Positions 54,755 through 64,000 of a stretch of DNA of 64,000 nt are shown here, piece by piece; positions within the stretch are counted from its first letter, which is position 1, and each line of letters begins with the position of its first letter. The stretch comes from Candidatus Latescibacterota bacterium (GTDB taxonomy: Bacteria; Latescibacterota; UBA2968; UBA8231). A program made the translations under genes and the position numbers. The notes below the pieces were generated by a model that did no database searches, had not been told where the DNA came from, and worked only from the letters and a program-made list of their open reading frames with translations. The stretch covers positions 4,160,001-4,224,000 of the forward strand of contig CBDCDC010000002.1 of NCBI GenBank assembly GCA_965215195.1, read 5' to 3'.

Positions 54755-57700
54755 ATGACCAAGTTTGCAGGCGTTTTTCGCGCCCTGATTGCACTTGGCG
54801 TCTTGCTCGCGCTGAGCTTGGCTCCGGCCGAGGCCAGCACCGGCGGCAAGATCGCCGGTGTAGTAAAGGATGCCACCACCGGGGATGGGCTGCCCCATGC
54901 CAATGTCGTGGTGGTGGATGCCAAGCTGGGGACCACGGCGGACGAAAGGGGCCGCTTTTTTATTCTCAACGTGCCGGCGGGCACCTACACCCTCAAGGTC
55001 ACGTATATCGGCTACGCGGATTATACGGTCGAGGATGTGCGGGTTTCCGCCGACCTGACCACGAATCTCGACATCGACCTGACTTCTTCGGATATCCAAG
55101 TCGAGGAGGTGATAATTCGCGCCGAGCGGCCTATTATCGACAAGACCGCCACGAATGCGGTGCGCATTGTCGGGGCCGAGGACATAGAGATTCTGCCGTT
55201 CAGAGGCGTTGGCCAAGTCTTGTCCCTGCAGGCTGGCGTGGTCGAAGACGAGGGTGCGCTGCACATCCGCGGCTCGCGCAGCGACGAAATTGGCTATTAC
55301 GTTGATGGGGCCAGCGTCCGCAACATAATCACCGGCAGCAGTGCTGTGGCCCTGATCGACGAAGCCCTAGAGGAAATTCAGCTACAGGCCGGCGGCTTCA
55401 ACGCCGAGTACGGCGGGGCCAACGCCGGCATCGTCTTGCAGGAACTGCGCACCGGAGGCAGCGATTGGGACTTCAAGGTCGTCGCCGAGTCGGACAATTT
55501 CACTTCCGACTTTGAGGAGCGCTTCGGCTCGTACTCATACGGCTATTCCAACCAAGTGGTCACGGCCGGCGGCCCGGTCGCGGGCAACCAAAATATCCGC
55601 GCCTTTCTCGCCGGTCAGCGGTTGAGCCGGGACTACCGACCGACCTTCTGGTCGGGGTTTGAGTTCGAGGATCTGGTCGATACGGGCAACCGCCAAGGCC
55701 GCGTACATTGGGAAAAGGACGAGGAGGGCAATCCCATCCCAGACGCGGTCGAGCGGCTGGAAGTGAAACCGGGCAATATCCCGCACACCGGCAGCGAGTT
55801 CCTCGGCTTTAACAGCACCCTGCACTTCAACTACAATCCCATCCAGTTCCGGGTCACGGGCCTGCACTCCACCGGGGACCGCGATCTCAACATCAATCCC
55901 ATCAAAAACATCCTCAATCAAGAACGCCTCAACGAGCAGACGTACTCTTCGAGCTTGGTCAACGTAAAGGCCATCCACTTGCTCGACCCGAGCCTGTTCT
56001 ACGAAATGAACGTCAGCTTCTACGGTCAGGGGCGCGAGAGTTTCGACGGGGTGTTCAAAGAGCGTTGGTGGGTTTACAACGACAGCGTGGCCGTCCAGCG
56101 CGCCTTGGAAGGCGGCCTGGAGTACACCCCTTATACGGCCAACGGATCGATACCCGAGCCTTACGACCTGAGCGGGTTTCCGTTCAACCGCCCGGGGTCG
56201 CCTACCAATTCTGCGTCCGGGAACAGCACGGGCGCTTGGTACGCCAAGGAAGAGGATCGCTATTGGGGCTTGGCCGGCAGCATTACCAAGCAGACCGCGG
56301 TCCATCAACTCAAGGCCGGCTTTGACTACCAGATGTGGACGTCGCGCCGCTACGCCATCTTCAACGGATCCATTCGCTCGCGTATCGCAGCGACATATCC
56401 CAAGCTAGACGAAGTGTATCAGCGGTACTACAGCGACGCGCTCAACGAGGGCGAAATTCTCGACGAGCTGATCGAGACTGCCAAGGGCCTGCCCGATGAC
56501 GAAGGTAGCCTCGAGGACCTCAAGAAGTCCCTACGCCTCAGTTCTGGCGACTTCTATGGCTACGACGAATTCGGCCGCTCCATCGACTCGTCGGACGACC
56601 CGCTGCAAGACCCGCGCAAGCCCGTGGTCGGCTCGGCCTACGTCCAAGACAAGATCGAATACAACGATCTGATCATCAACGCCGGGCTGCGCTTGGATTA
56701 CTTTGATGCGGCGAGTTGGCGCTTTGTCGATCAATCGGCGCCGAAGATAGACAAAGACGCACGCACCATAGTAATCGCAGACACGACCGGCACGTACATG
56801 GAGAAGACGCCTACATACGCGGAGATCAGCCCGCGCTTGGGCTTTTCGTTCCCGGTGTCGGACCTGACGGTCTTCCACGTGCAGTACGGGCGCTTCTCGC
56901 AGATGCCGCGGATGCGCGATATGTTCACCGGCGGTGCGCGGCTGGCCATCGAGTTGGGTGGGCAAAACTTCATTCCCACGCCCACGGCCTTTGACGTCGA
57001 GCCGGTGCGCACGACCCAATACGAGATCGGCTTTGAGCGTCAGTTCGCCGATTTTGCCTCGTTTGACGTGACGAGTTTTTACCGCGACATCAAGGGCCAG
57101 CTCCAGATCAGGCGTCAAGATGTGTCGGCCGGGAACGCCGGTTCGTTTACGTACTTGCAGAACGGCGATTTCGCCACGACCAAGGGCATTGAGTTCCAGT
57201 TCAAGGTGCGGCGGTTCAACCGCTTGCAGGCCGAGTTGAACTACACGCTGTCCGACGCACGCGGCACGGGTTCGACCCTGATATCGGCGCAGTCGGGCGT
57301 GGAGAACGACACCACCGTGCCGACGATCATCTCCCCGCTCGACTTCAACCAGACGCACCGCGGCTCTTTGTTCTTGGACTACCGCTTTGCCGACAACGAG
57401 GCGAACCCGCTTCTCCGCAGCTTGGGGGCCAACCTGTTAGCGCGCTTTGCCAGCGGCTACAGCTTCACGCTGGTGGAGGGTTCCATCGGCCAGCGCGGGC
57501 CGGAAGAAGGCGGCATCCTCGCCAGCGACGACCCGCGCTCGCGCAAGCCGGTTGAGTCCATCAATCGCTCTTCGACGCCCTGGACTTTTCAGACGGACTT
57601 GCGGATTGACAAGGGCTTTTCGCTCATGGGGGTCAATGCCCAGATTTACACGTACGTGCAGAACCTGTTCAACCGCCAGAACGTAATTAACGTGTACGGC

Positions 57701-57904
57701 CGGACCGGCAACGACAAGGACGACGGCTTTTTGACGAACCCGGACTTGAGCCAGCAGATCGTCGAGGCCAGCGGCGGTTGGGAGTACCAGCAGCTCTACG
57801 AGGCGATCAACTTGCTCAACCGCCAGCACTACTGGTCCACCGAGGGCGGCGACATCTACGACTCACCGCGGCAGATCCGCTTCGGGCTACAATTCGACTT
57901 CTAG
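54755..57904 (+). CDS. TonB-dependent outer-membrane receptor with N-terminal carboxypeptidase-regulatory-like domain
   Basis: GKIAGVVKD, HIRGSR, GGFNAEYG, YVQDKIE, GLRLDYFD, SPRLGFSFP, terminal PRQIRFGLQFDF. Confidence 0.92.
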   Translation: MTKFAGVFRALIALGVLLALSLAPAEASTGGKIAGVVKDATTGDGLPHANVVVVDAKLGTTADERGRFFILNVPAGTYTLKVTYIGYADYTVEDVRVSADLTTNLDIDLTSSDIQVEEVIIRAERPIIDKTATNAVRIVGAEDIEILPFRGVGQVLSLQAGVVEDEGALHIRGSRSDEIGYYVDGASVRNIITGSSAVALIDEALEEIQLQAGGFNAEYGGANAGIVLQELRTGGSDWDFKVVAESDNFTSDFEERFGSYSYGYSNQVVTAGGPVAGNQNIRAFLAGQRLSRDYRPTFWSGFEFEDLVDTGNRQGRVHWEKDEEGNPIPDAVERLEVKPGNIPHTGSEFLGFNSTLHFNYNPIQFRVTGLHSTGDRDLNINPIKNILNQERLNEQTYSSSLVNVKAIHLLDPSLFYEMNVSFYGQGRESFDGVFKERWWVYNDSVAVQRALEGGLEYTPYTANGSIPEPYDLSGFPFNRPGSPTNSASGNSTGAWYAKEEDRYWGLAGSITKQTAVHQLKAGFDYQMWTSRRYAIFNGSIRSRIAATYPKLDEVYQRYYSDALNEGEILDELIETAKGLPDDEGSLEDLKKSLRLSSGDFYGYDEFGRSIDSSDDPLQDPRKPVVGSAYVQDKIEYNDLIINAGLRLDYFDAASWRFVDQSAPKIDKDARTIVIADTTGTYMEKTPTYAEISPRLGFSFPVSDLTVFHVQYGRFSQMPRMRDMFTGGARLAIELGGQNFIPTPTAFDVEPVRTTQYEIGFERQFADFASFDVTSFYRDIKGQLQIRRQDVSAGNAGSFTYLQNGDFATTKGIEFQFKVRRFNRLQAELNYTLSDARGTGSTLISAQSGVENDTTVPTIISPLDFNQTHRGSLFLDYRFADNEANPLLRSLGANLLARFASGYSFTLVEGSIGQRGPEEGGILASDDPRSRKPVESINRSSTPWTFQTDLRIDKGFSLMGVNAQIYTYVQNLFNRQNVINVYGRTGNDKDDGFLTNPDLSQQIVEASGGWEYQQLYEAINLLNRQHYWSTEGGDIYDSPRQIRFGLQFDF

Positions 57905-57929
57905 CCGCTTAAAAGCGAGGAAGCACACC

Positions 57930-60900
57930 ATGCGAAAACTCATTTTTGGATATATAGCTGCGGCTGGGCTGGCAATCGGCCCGGCCGAGGCGCGCGAGCC
58001 GTTCTACGGCCGTGCAGCCAAATCCCTCCAAGAGGAGGCCGTTGAGATCTCGACCGATCGGACGATGCTCAACATCAACAACATGGCGATGTGGATTCTG
58101 AGCGATGGCGAGTCGGCTCACAACCCGATCAGCGGTAGCGCGGGCGTGACTTTTCCGCGCTCGACCGACCAAGTCATCTTTCAGGACGGACTGATTTGGG
58201 GCGGGCGGGTCATTGACGGCAACCCGCAGGAGTTGCGAGTCGGCGGCCAGACTTATGCCGTTGGCACGGTCCCGGGTGTCATTGAGTCGAGGGGGGTGGC
58301 CCAAGACCGCGATACAGCGCGCCTGTACCGAATTCGTCGCGACTATGCGACCGCTGATTTGCGGCTCGACGCCTCCGAGATCCTCAACAAGCGCCTGAGC
58401 GAAGTCACCGACGCCGATGAGGAGGCCGTGCGCACCCAATACGAGCGCGACTGGATGGAGTGGCCAGCCGAGTTGGGCGCGCCCTTTTACGATAACGACG
58501 GAAACGGGCAGTACGACCCCGCAGTTGACGAGCCGGGGCTGGCCAATGCCGACCAAGTGATCTGGTTAGCCATCAACGACTTGGACCCAGGGGCTGTCGC
58601 CAGTCTCTATGGCTCCTTACCGATTGGCATGGAGACGCAGGTGACGCTGTGGGGTTACGCCCGCACGGACGCGCTGGGCGACGCGATTTTCAAGAAGTAC
58701 AAGGTCATTTACAAGGGCACCGAGAGCACGCCGGACACGGCGCGCATTGAGGACATGTACTTGGCCCAATGGTCCGATCCCGACTTGGGCGACTTTGGCG
58801 ACGACTTTGCCGGCGCCGATGTCGATCTGAGCTTGGGCTACGTCTACAACTCGATTGACGACGACTCGCACTACGTGAATTTTGAATTGGCCCCGCCGGC
58901 CGCGGGCTACGATTTTTTGCAAGGCCCAGTCGTGCCGGTGTACCTACTCGACGAGGAGGGTAATGTCGCCGTAGATGAGGAAGGCAACTCCCTGCTCGAC
59001 GAGAGCTCGGTGGCGATCTTCAACGACGGCATGAGGCCCGGTTACAAGAACTTGCCGATGACCGCTTTCGTGTACTTCGCGGCTGGTTCGTCGATTAGTG
59101 ACCCGGACTTGAACGAGTACGACGGCACCTTGCAGTGGTACAACCTGCTGCAAGGCTTCCAGCCGCAGGCCGACATTGAAAATCCCGTGCCCTACACCAA
59201 TCCCCTGACCAACGAGGATACCAAGTTCACGCTCGACGGCGACCCAACGCGGGCCACTGGCTGGAACGACGGAATCCCATTGCCGGCCGGCGATCGGCGC
59301 ATCGTAATGGCGACCGGCCCGTTTGAGATGGCATTGGGTGACACGCAAGAAGTGGTGGTCGCACTCTTGGGCGCGAGCAGCACCGACCGCTTGCGCAGCG
59401 TCTCCAAGCTCAAGTTTACCGACCAGTTCGTGCAGGACGCGTACAACAGCTTCTTTCAGGTTCCCAAGCCGCCGGTCCGGCCCAATGTTCGCCTAATTGA
59501 GCTGGATCAGACCATCGTACTCAACTGGGGTTGGGACCCAGAGTCGGTGTCTAAGACCGAAGGCGTGGGTTCGCCCGGTTTTGATTTTGAAGGCTATAAC
59601 GTCTATCAATTGCCTTCAGCCGAGGCCACGCTGAGCCAAGGCACTAGGGTCGCCACTTTTGATTTAGTCAACGGCGTGACGACCATATTGGGGATCGCTC
59701 TCGACGAGCAGTCCGGCGTGGTGCTGGACGTGCCTTTGCAGATCGGCAATGACAGCGGCCTCCAGCGCTATATCGCCCTGAGCCACGACGCGTTGCGCGG
59801 CGGCCCGCTGGTCAACGGCCAGCAGTACTATTTCACAGTGACCGCCTACAACCGCGCCACTTCGGAAGATGCGGCCACGACCACCACCCTAGAAAGCAGC
59901 CCGCAGACCATCACTTGTGTGCCGCAAATCGCGCCGCCGGGTATCACGCGCACCCATGAGGACCCCGGGGATACGCTGTCTGTCGAACACACCAAGGGCA
60001 TCGGCGACGCCAGCGTATGGCCGCTGGTGATCGATCCTACGGCCCTGCAGCAGGCCACCTACAAGGTCACCTTCAACGACGACGCGACTTGGAGTCTGTC
60101 GCGGGACGGGGAGAGGATAGTCGACCGGGAGAGCAACATTTCCCTCGACGAGAGCTATCCCATCGTCGAAGGCCTCCAAGTGAAGGTGGGCGATCTGGTC
60201 TTCACCCATCCGACGACCTACATCCGTTCCAAAGTGACCAACGACGCCAACTTAGACGATGGCCCCCTCAGCCTTTGGGGCGACGGTACGCTCTTCGGCT
60301 TTGCCGACGGCTATGGCTCAACTTTCTGGGACGGCGGCGGCGCTGGGGACAATCGGCTGGTGCGCGATATTGAGTTCCGCTTCACCGGCGTGTGGAACGC
60401 CGATTCGACCGCAATTGCCGAGGGCGGCTCAATTGCGACCCTCGGTGGCGTCAGTGCCGGCAGCGGCGAGCGCGACATCGCGGCGCATCCCTTCAAGCCC
60501 GCCGAGGTGTCGGATTCGACCGGTGCCTTCCTCCAGCGCGTGCCCTTTGAGGTTTGGGACGTGGAGGATCCGGACAATCCGCGCCAGTTGAACGCCGTGT
60601 TTTACGACCGCGGTGCCGACGGGTCCAGAGACGAAGGCAGCGTTGTCTATCACCAGACTTACAACATGCCGGGTCGCGACTATATCACCATCGTCCACAC
60701 CGACTACGATCCGACCAAGATCCACGAGTTGACGGACGAGAACACCACGTGGGTTTACTTCTTCACGCAGGGAGGTTCTTCGGTCTGGTCGACGGGCGAC
60801 GTACTAAGGATTACCATCGGCAATACCGTAGTGGCCGGTGAGGACGAGTTTGAGTTCAAGGTGACGGCCGAGACGTACTCCGAAGCCTTGGCCAAGGAAA

Positions 60901-61220
60901 GCGTCAAAAAGATCAACGTCTTTCCCAATCCCTACCTCGGCGTCAATTCGGCCGAGACCAGCCGCTACAACCACTTCGTGACCTTCAGCCACCTGCCGCC
61001 CAAGGCGAATATCCGCATCTTCGACATGAGCGGCACGCTGGTGCGCACCATTGAGAAAGACGATCCGGCGCAATTTATGCGCTGGGATCTGCAAAACCAC
61101 AACGAACTGCCGGTGGCCAGCGGCATGTACATCGCCCATATCGAGTTGCCGGAAACCGGCATGAGTCGGATTCTCAAGCTGGCCGTCATCCAAGAGCAGC
61201 AGTTTTTGGAAAACTTCTAG
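57930..61220 (+). CDS. Large exported protein with FN3-like region and C-terminal T9SS/FlgD-like sorting domain
   Basis: Signal peptide, WSDPDLG, DFLQGP, FEGYNVY, YYF.VTAY. C-terminus INVFPNPY...IRIF...G.LVR...WDL.N....VASGMY. Confidence 0.82.
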   Translation: MRKLIFGYIAAAGLAIGPAEAREPFYGRAAKSLQEEAVEISTDRTMLNINNMAMWILSDGESAHNPISGSAGVTFPRSTDQVIFQDGLIWGGRVIDGNPQELRVGGQTYAVGTVPGVIESRGVAQDRDTARLYRIRRDYATADLRLDASEILNKRLSEVTDADEEAVRTQYERDWMEWPAELGAPFYDNDGNGQYDPAVDEPGLANADQVIWLAINDLDPGAVASLYGSLPIGMETQVTLWGYARTDALGDAIFKKYKVIYKGTESTPDTARIEDMYLAQWSDPDLGDFGDDFAGADVDLSLGYVYNSIDDDSHYVNFELAPPAAGYDFLQGPVVPVYLLDEEGNVAVDEEGNSLLDESSVAIFNDGMRPGYKNLPMTAFVYFAAGSSISDPDLNEYDGTLQWYNLLQGFQPQADIENPVPYTNPLTNEDTKFTLDGDPTRATGWNDGIPLPAGDRRIVMATGPFEMALGDTQEVVVALLGASSTDRLRSVSKLKFTDQFVQDAYNSFFQVPKPPVRPNVRLIELDQTIVLNWGWDPESVSKTEGVGSPGFDFEGYNVYQLPSAEATLSQGTRVATFDLVNGVTTILGIALDEQSGVVLDVPLQIGNDSGLQRYIALSHDALRGGPLVNGQQYYFTVTAYNRATSEDAATTTTLESSPQTITCVPQIAPPGITRTHEDPGDTLSVEHTKGIGDASVWPLVIDPTALQQATYKVTFNDDATWSLSRDGERIVDRESNISLDESYPIVEGLQVKVGDLVFTHPTTYIRSKVTNDANLDDGPLSLWGDGTLFGFADGYGSTFWDGGGAGDNRLVRDIEFRFTGVWNADSTAIAEGGSIATLGGVSAGSGERDIAAHPFKPAEVSDSTGAFLQRVPFEVWDVEDPDNPRQLNAVFYDRGADGSRDEGSVVYHQTYNMPGRDYITIVHTDYDPTKIHELTDENTTWVYFFTQGGSSVWSTGDVLRITIGNTVVAGEDEFEFKVTAETYSEALAKESVKKINVFPNPYLGVNSAETSRYNHFVTFSHLPPKANIRIFDMSGTLVRTIEKDDPAQFMRWDLQNHNELPVASGMYIAHIELPETGMSRILKLAVIQEQQFLENF

Positions 61221-61242
61221 GGGAGAAACAGGAGGCCATTCC

Positions 61243-62277
61243 ATGATTCGACACAAGCTTAGCATCTCGACGATCCTGCTGGCGCTGGTTTTCGCCTCGG
61301 CTGCGGCCTTTGCCGATGGCTATGATCGCGCCGGTACGGCCGCGGCCCCGGAACTGCTGATTCCGGTTGGCGCACGCGACATGGCCTTGGGCGGTGCCTC
61401 AATCGCCACCAGTTCCGGTCTGGAAGCCCTACACTGGAACCCGGCAGGTCTGTCCAAGTCCGAATCCAACGCGGGCATCATGTTCTCGACGATGTCCTAT
61501 CTGGCGGATACCCGCATCAACTATCTGGCCACCGGTGCCAACTTCAAGAACCTCGGCTCGCTGGCCCTCAACATCAAGGCCCTAGATTTCGGCGAAATCC
61601 CGGTGACAACCGAGGCCAATCCCGACGGCACCGGCGCGACCTATTCGCCGACCTTTTTCACCTTGGGCCTGACCTTCGCACGGGAACTGACCGATCGCAT
61701 CGCCGTCGGGATTACCAGCCATTATGTCGTCAACCGCATCCAGCGCGTCGAGGCCACTGCGACCTCGCTGAGTGCCGGTCTGCAATACGCCAATCTGGGC
61801 GGAATTGCCGGCTTGGACTTGGGGGTGGCGCTCAAGCACATCGGTACGCAGATGCAGTTTGAAGGGTCCGGCCTGTTGCGCCGCGGTCAGATCGACGGGT
61901 TGCGCCGCGGCCCCTCTGATTACAATGTACAGGCTAGCGCGGCCGACCTGCCCTCGACGTTTGAACTCGGTTTGAGCTACCGCTACACGCCCGCTGGTCT
62001 GGGCGCGGTCAACTTGTCCTCGGTCTTCCGGCACAACAACTTCGCCTACGACCAGTACCGGTTGGGCGCTGAGTATCTGTTGAGCGATTTCTTCGCCGTG
62101 CGCGCTGGCTTCGACTACGCGCCCAACTCGACCGACGACTACATCTACGGCACCAGCTTCGGCTTTGGTATGAATCTGGAGGCCGGGACGCTCGAGGATT
62201 TGCGCGTTGATTACGCCTACACTACGGTCGACTATTTCGACGCGCTCAATACTTTCACCTTTCAGTTCGGTTTTTGA
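61243..62277 (+). CDS. PorV/PorQ (FadL-like) outer-membrane beta-barrel
   Basis: L.IPVGAR.MALG, WNPAGL, VDYAY, terminal F. Confidence 0.85.
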   Translation: MIRHKLSISTILLALVFASAAAFADGYDRAGTAAAPELLIPVGARDMALGGASIATSSGLEALHWNPAGLSKSESNAGIMFSTMSYLADTRINYLATGANFKNLGSLALNIKALDFGEIPVTTEANPDGTGATYSPTFFTLGLTFARELTDRIAVGITSHYVVNRIQRVEATATSLSAGLQYANLGGIAGLDLGVALKHIGTQMQFEGSGLLRRGQIDGLRRGPSDYNVQASAADLPSTFELGLSYRYTPAGLGAVNLSSVFRHNNFAYDQYRLGAEYLLSDFFAVRAGFDYAPNSTDDYIYGTSFGFGMNLEAGTLEDLRVDYAYTTVDYFDALNTFTFQFGF

Positions 62278-62364
62278 AATTAGTGGTTAGTGGTCCGTTT
62301 CCCACTGCCACTCCGCGGGGATGGGTTGGGGCTGGCCACTGGCGGTCTCCAAAGGAGATTTTTT

Positions 62365-63369
62365 ATGAGGTTTGCAGGTTGGCTAGCGGTGCTCGTCGCC
62401 GTCGCCGGATTGGGATGTCAGAGTTCGACCATGACCGCGGCCAAGCTCTATATCAAGCAAGAGCAGCCGCAAAAGGCCAAAGAACAACTCGCCCTAGTCT
62501 TGCAGACCGAGCCAGAGAATTTCGAGGCTCACTTGCTCATGGGCCAGCTTTTAGGGGACGAGGGCCGCTATGGCGAAATGGCCGATCACTTGGCGCATGC
62601 CGAGCGCGAGCCCAAGTTTCAGAGCGAGGTTGAGCAAACGCGCCGCCAGTTTTGGACGCACGAGTACAATGCCGGCGTCTTCCATGCCCAAGGCGAGGTG
62701 CCGAATTACGTCATGGCGCGGCATTCGTTTCACAACGCTACCCTCATCGACGAGAGTGCGCTCGACGCTTGGCGCAACCTCGCGTACGTCTATTACCAGA
62801 TCGACAGCACGGATGCGGCCATTGCCACCTACCAGAAGATCGCGTCGGCCGATCCAGAAGACGAGCGCACCTTTTTCAGCTTGGGGTCGCTTTACTTGGG
62901 AAAAGGCGACCTTGATGCGGCCATCCGCGCCTTGTCGCAGGTGGTCAAGATCAATCCGGCAAACCTCAATGGCCTGACCAATCTCGCCATCGCCCAAGTC
63001 CAAGCCGAGGATTACGAGAGTGCCGAGGCCAATTATCGCAAGGTCATTGAGCTAAACCCCGATGATTTCAAGCCCTACTTCAACTTGGGCAACCTCTACT
63101 GGCAGCAGGAAAAATATACCGCGGCTCAGCGGGCCTATGAGCAGGCCCTCCAGCTCGAACCCGACGACGGGGACGTGCGCTACAACCTCGCCATGGTCCA
63201 CTTGGCCACCGAGGACATGGATGGCGCGTTGCCGCTCTTGGAACAGCTCGCCGAACAAACGCCAGACAATGCGTTGGTGTGGATGCACTTGGGCACGGTT
63301 TACGCCCACAAGGACTTGGTTGCAGAGAGCGAGGCGGCGTTTGCGCGGGCCGAGGAACTAGAGGAGTAA
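62365..63369 (+). CDS. TPR-repeat lipoprotein
   Basis: GLGC lipobox, T.AKLY, TPR units. Confidence 0.85.
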   Translation: MRFAGWLAVLVAVAGLGCQSSTMTAAKLYIKQEQPQKAKEQLALVLQTEPENFEAHLLMGQLLGDEGRYGEMADHLAHAEREPKFQSEVEQTRRQFWTHEYNAGVFHAQGEVPNYVMARHSFHNATLIDESALDAWRNLAYVYYQIDSTDAAIATYQKIASADPEDERTFFSLGSLYLGKGDLDAAIRALSQVVKINPANLNGLTNLAIAQVQAEDYESAEANYRKVIELNPDDFKPYFNLGNLYWQQEKYTAAQRAYEQALQLEPDDGDVRYNLAMVHLATEDMDGALPLLEQLAEQTPDNALVWMHLGTVYAHKDLVAESEAAFARAEELEE

Positions 63370-63391
63370 AGCGCCGGCGCTGTAACCCACC

Positions 63392-64000
63392 ATGCTGCAG
63401 TACACCATCCAGCGCATTCTGCTCGCCATCCCGACCCTCCTCGGCATCACCCTACTGACCTTTCTGATTATGCGTTTGGCACCCGGCGACCCGGTCGATC
63501 TGTTCTTGGGCGGGGCCGCCGCTGGCGAGGGGATCTCCACCGATCACCAAGCGGATATGGAGAAGACGCGCCGGGATTTGCGCCGCCAACTCGGGCTGGA
63601 CCAACCGCTGCACATCCAGTATTTGCACTGGCTTTCCAACTTGGTCTTGCGCGTAGAAGACCTAGGCGCATTCGACCGCGGGGCCTTGTTGGCCGACGCC
63701 GTGCTCGACGAGCTACCAGACGCGGCGCGGGCCGAGCTGGCCGCGCTCGAAGGCGCGGAGCGCAAGGCACGCTTCTTGGAGCACTTTCGCGGCTGGCGTC
63801 CCGGGCGCGTCGACGAGCTAGTTGAGTCGCCTTTCTGGCAGAGCCGCCTGTTCTCGCCAGTCAAAAACTACGCGTATGCCGGGTCTGGCTTGGAGCTGGT
63901 GCAGGCGGGGGACTGGCGTTTGGTGACGCTGAATCTGGGGCGTTCCTTCAAAGACCAAGAGCCGGTCATCGACCACATCCTCGACCGGCTGCCCATCACG
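63392..64000 (+). CDS. Peptide ABC transporter permease (OppB/DppB-like), 3'-truncated by window edge
   Basis: MLQYTIQRILLAIPTLLGITLLTFLIMRLAPGDP...LGLDQPLHIQYLHW...NLGRSFKD..PV. Confidence 0.88.
   Translation, partial: MLQYTIQRILLAIPTLLGITLLTFLIMRLAPGDPVDLFLGGAAAGEGISTDHQADMEKTRRDLRRQLGLDQPLHIQYLHWLSNLVLRVEDLGAFDRGALLADAVLDELPDAARAELAALEGAERKARFLEHFRGWRPGRVDELVESPFWQSRLFSPVKNYAYAGSGLELVQAGDWRLVTLNLGRSFKDQEPVIDHILDRLPIT

Overview
GC-rich bacterial chromosomal window. The gene content (PhyH-HEAT, ASPIC/UnbV FG-GAP, TPR lipoproteins, TonB receptor/PorV trio, GlmL cluster) suggests an FCB-superphylum organism such as Latescibacterota or Gemmatimonadota; this is inference only. Layout: (1) 1-11.9 kb is a defence/TA island with a fused type I HsdM-HsdS, two ABC-ATPase/TOPRIM (PARIS-like) modules, a tandem P-loop ATPase pair flanked by a 623-bp duplicated HIRAN gene, and a NYN RNase preceded by a conserved hairpin element. 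(2) 12-21 kb holds a HOT transhydrogenase, a MITE, the hisI-pncA-pncB-aminotransferase-nadE operon and PhyH-HEAT. (3) 21-25.3 kb is an AT-richer islet with a DarT-like ART-fold gene paired with a RarA-C-like gene, a DUF433 antitoxin with a truncated toxin, and an M48 peptidase bounded by a duplicated tetR 3' end. (4) 25.3-40 kb holds TetR, an HhH protein, DUF1854-ABC, a two-permease RND system with promoter/operator, and a Fic gene with paired operators. (5) 40-64 kb is a long + strand run: oxidoreductases, FG-GAP/TPR, OppA, an uncharacterised GlmL-like ASKHA ATPase plus membrane-protein cluster, TonB receptor, large secreted protein, PorV-like barrel, TPR and OppB. No rRNA, tRNA, CRISPR array, integrase or transposase was recognised. 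Family names come from motif recognition and recall, not database searches. Best candidates for undescribed systems: the GlmL/DUF6754 membrane cluster, the DarT-like + RarA-C-like pair, the twin-ATPase cassette, and the NYN-associated hairpin RNA.
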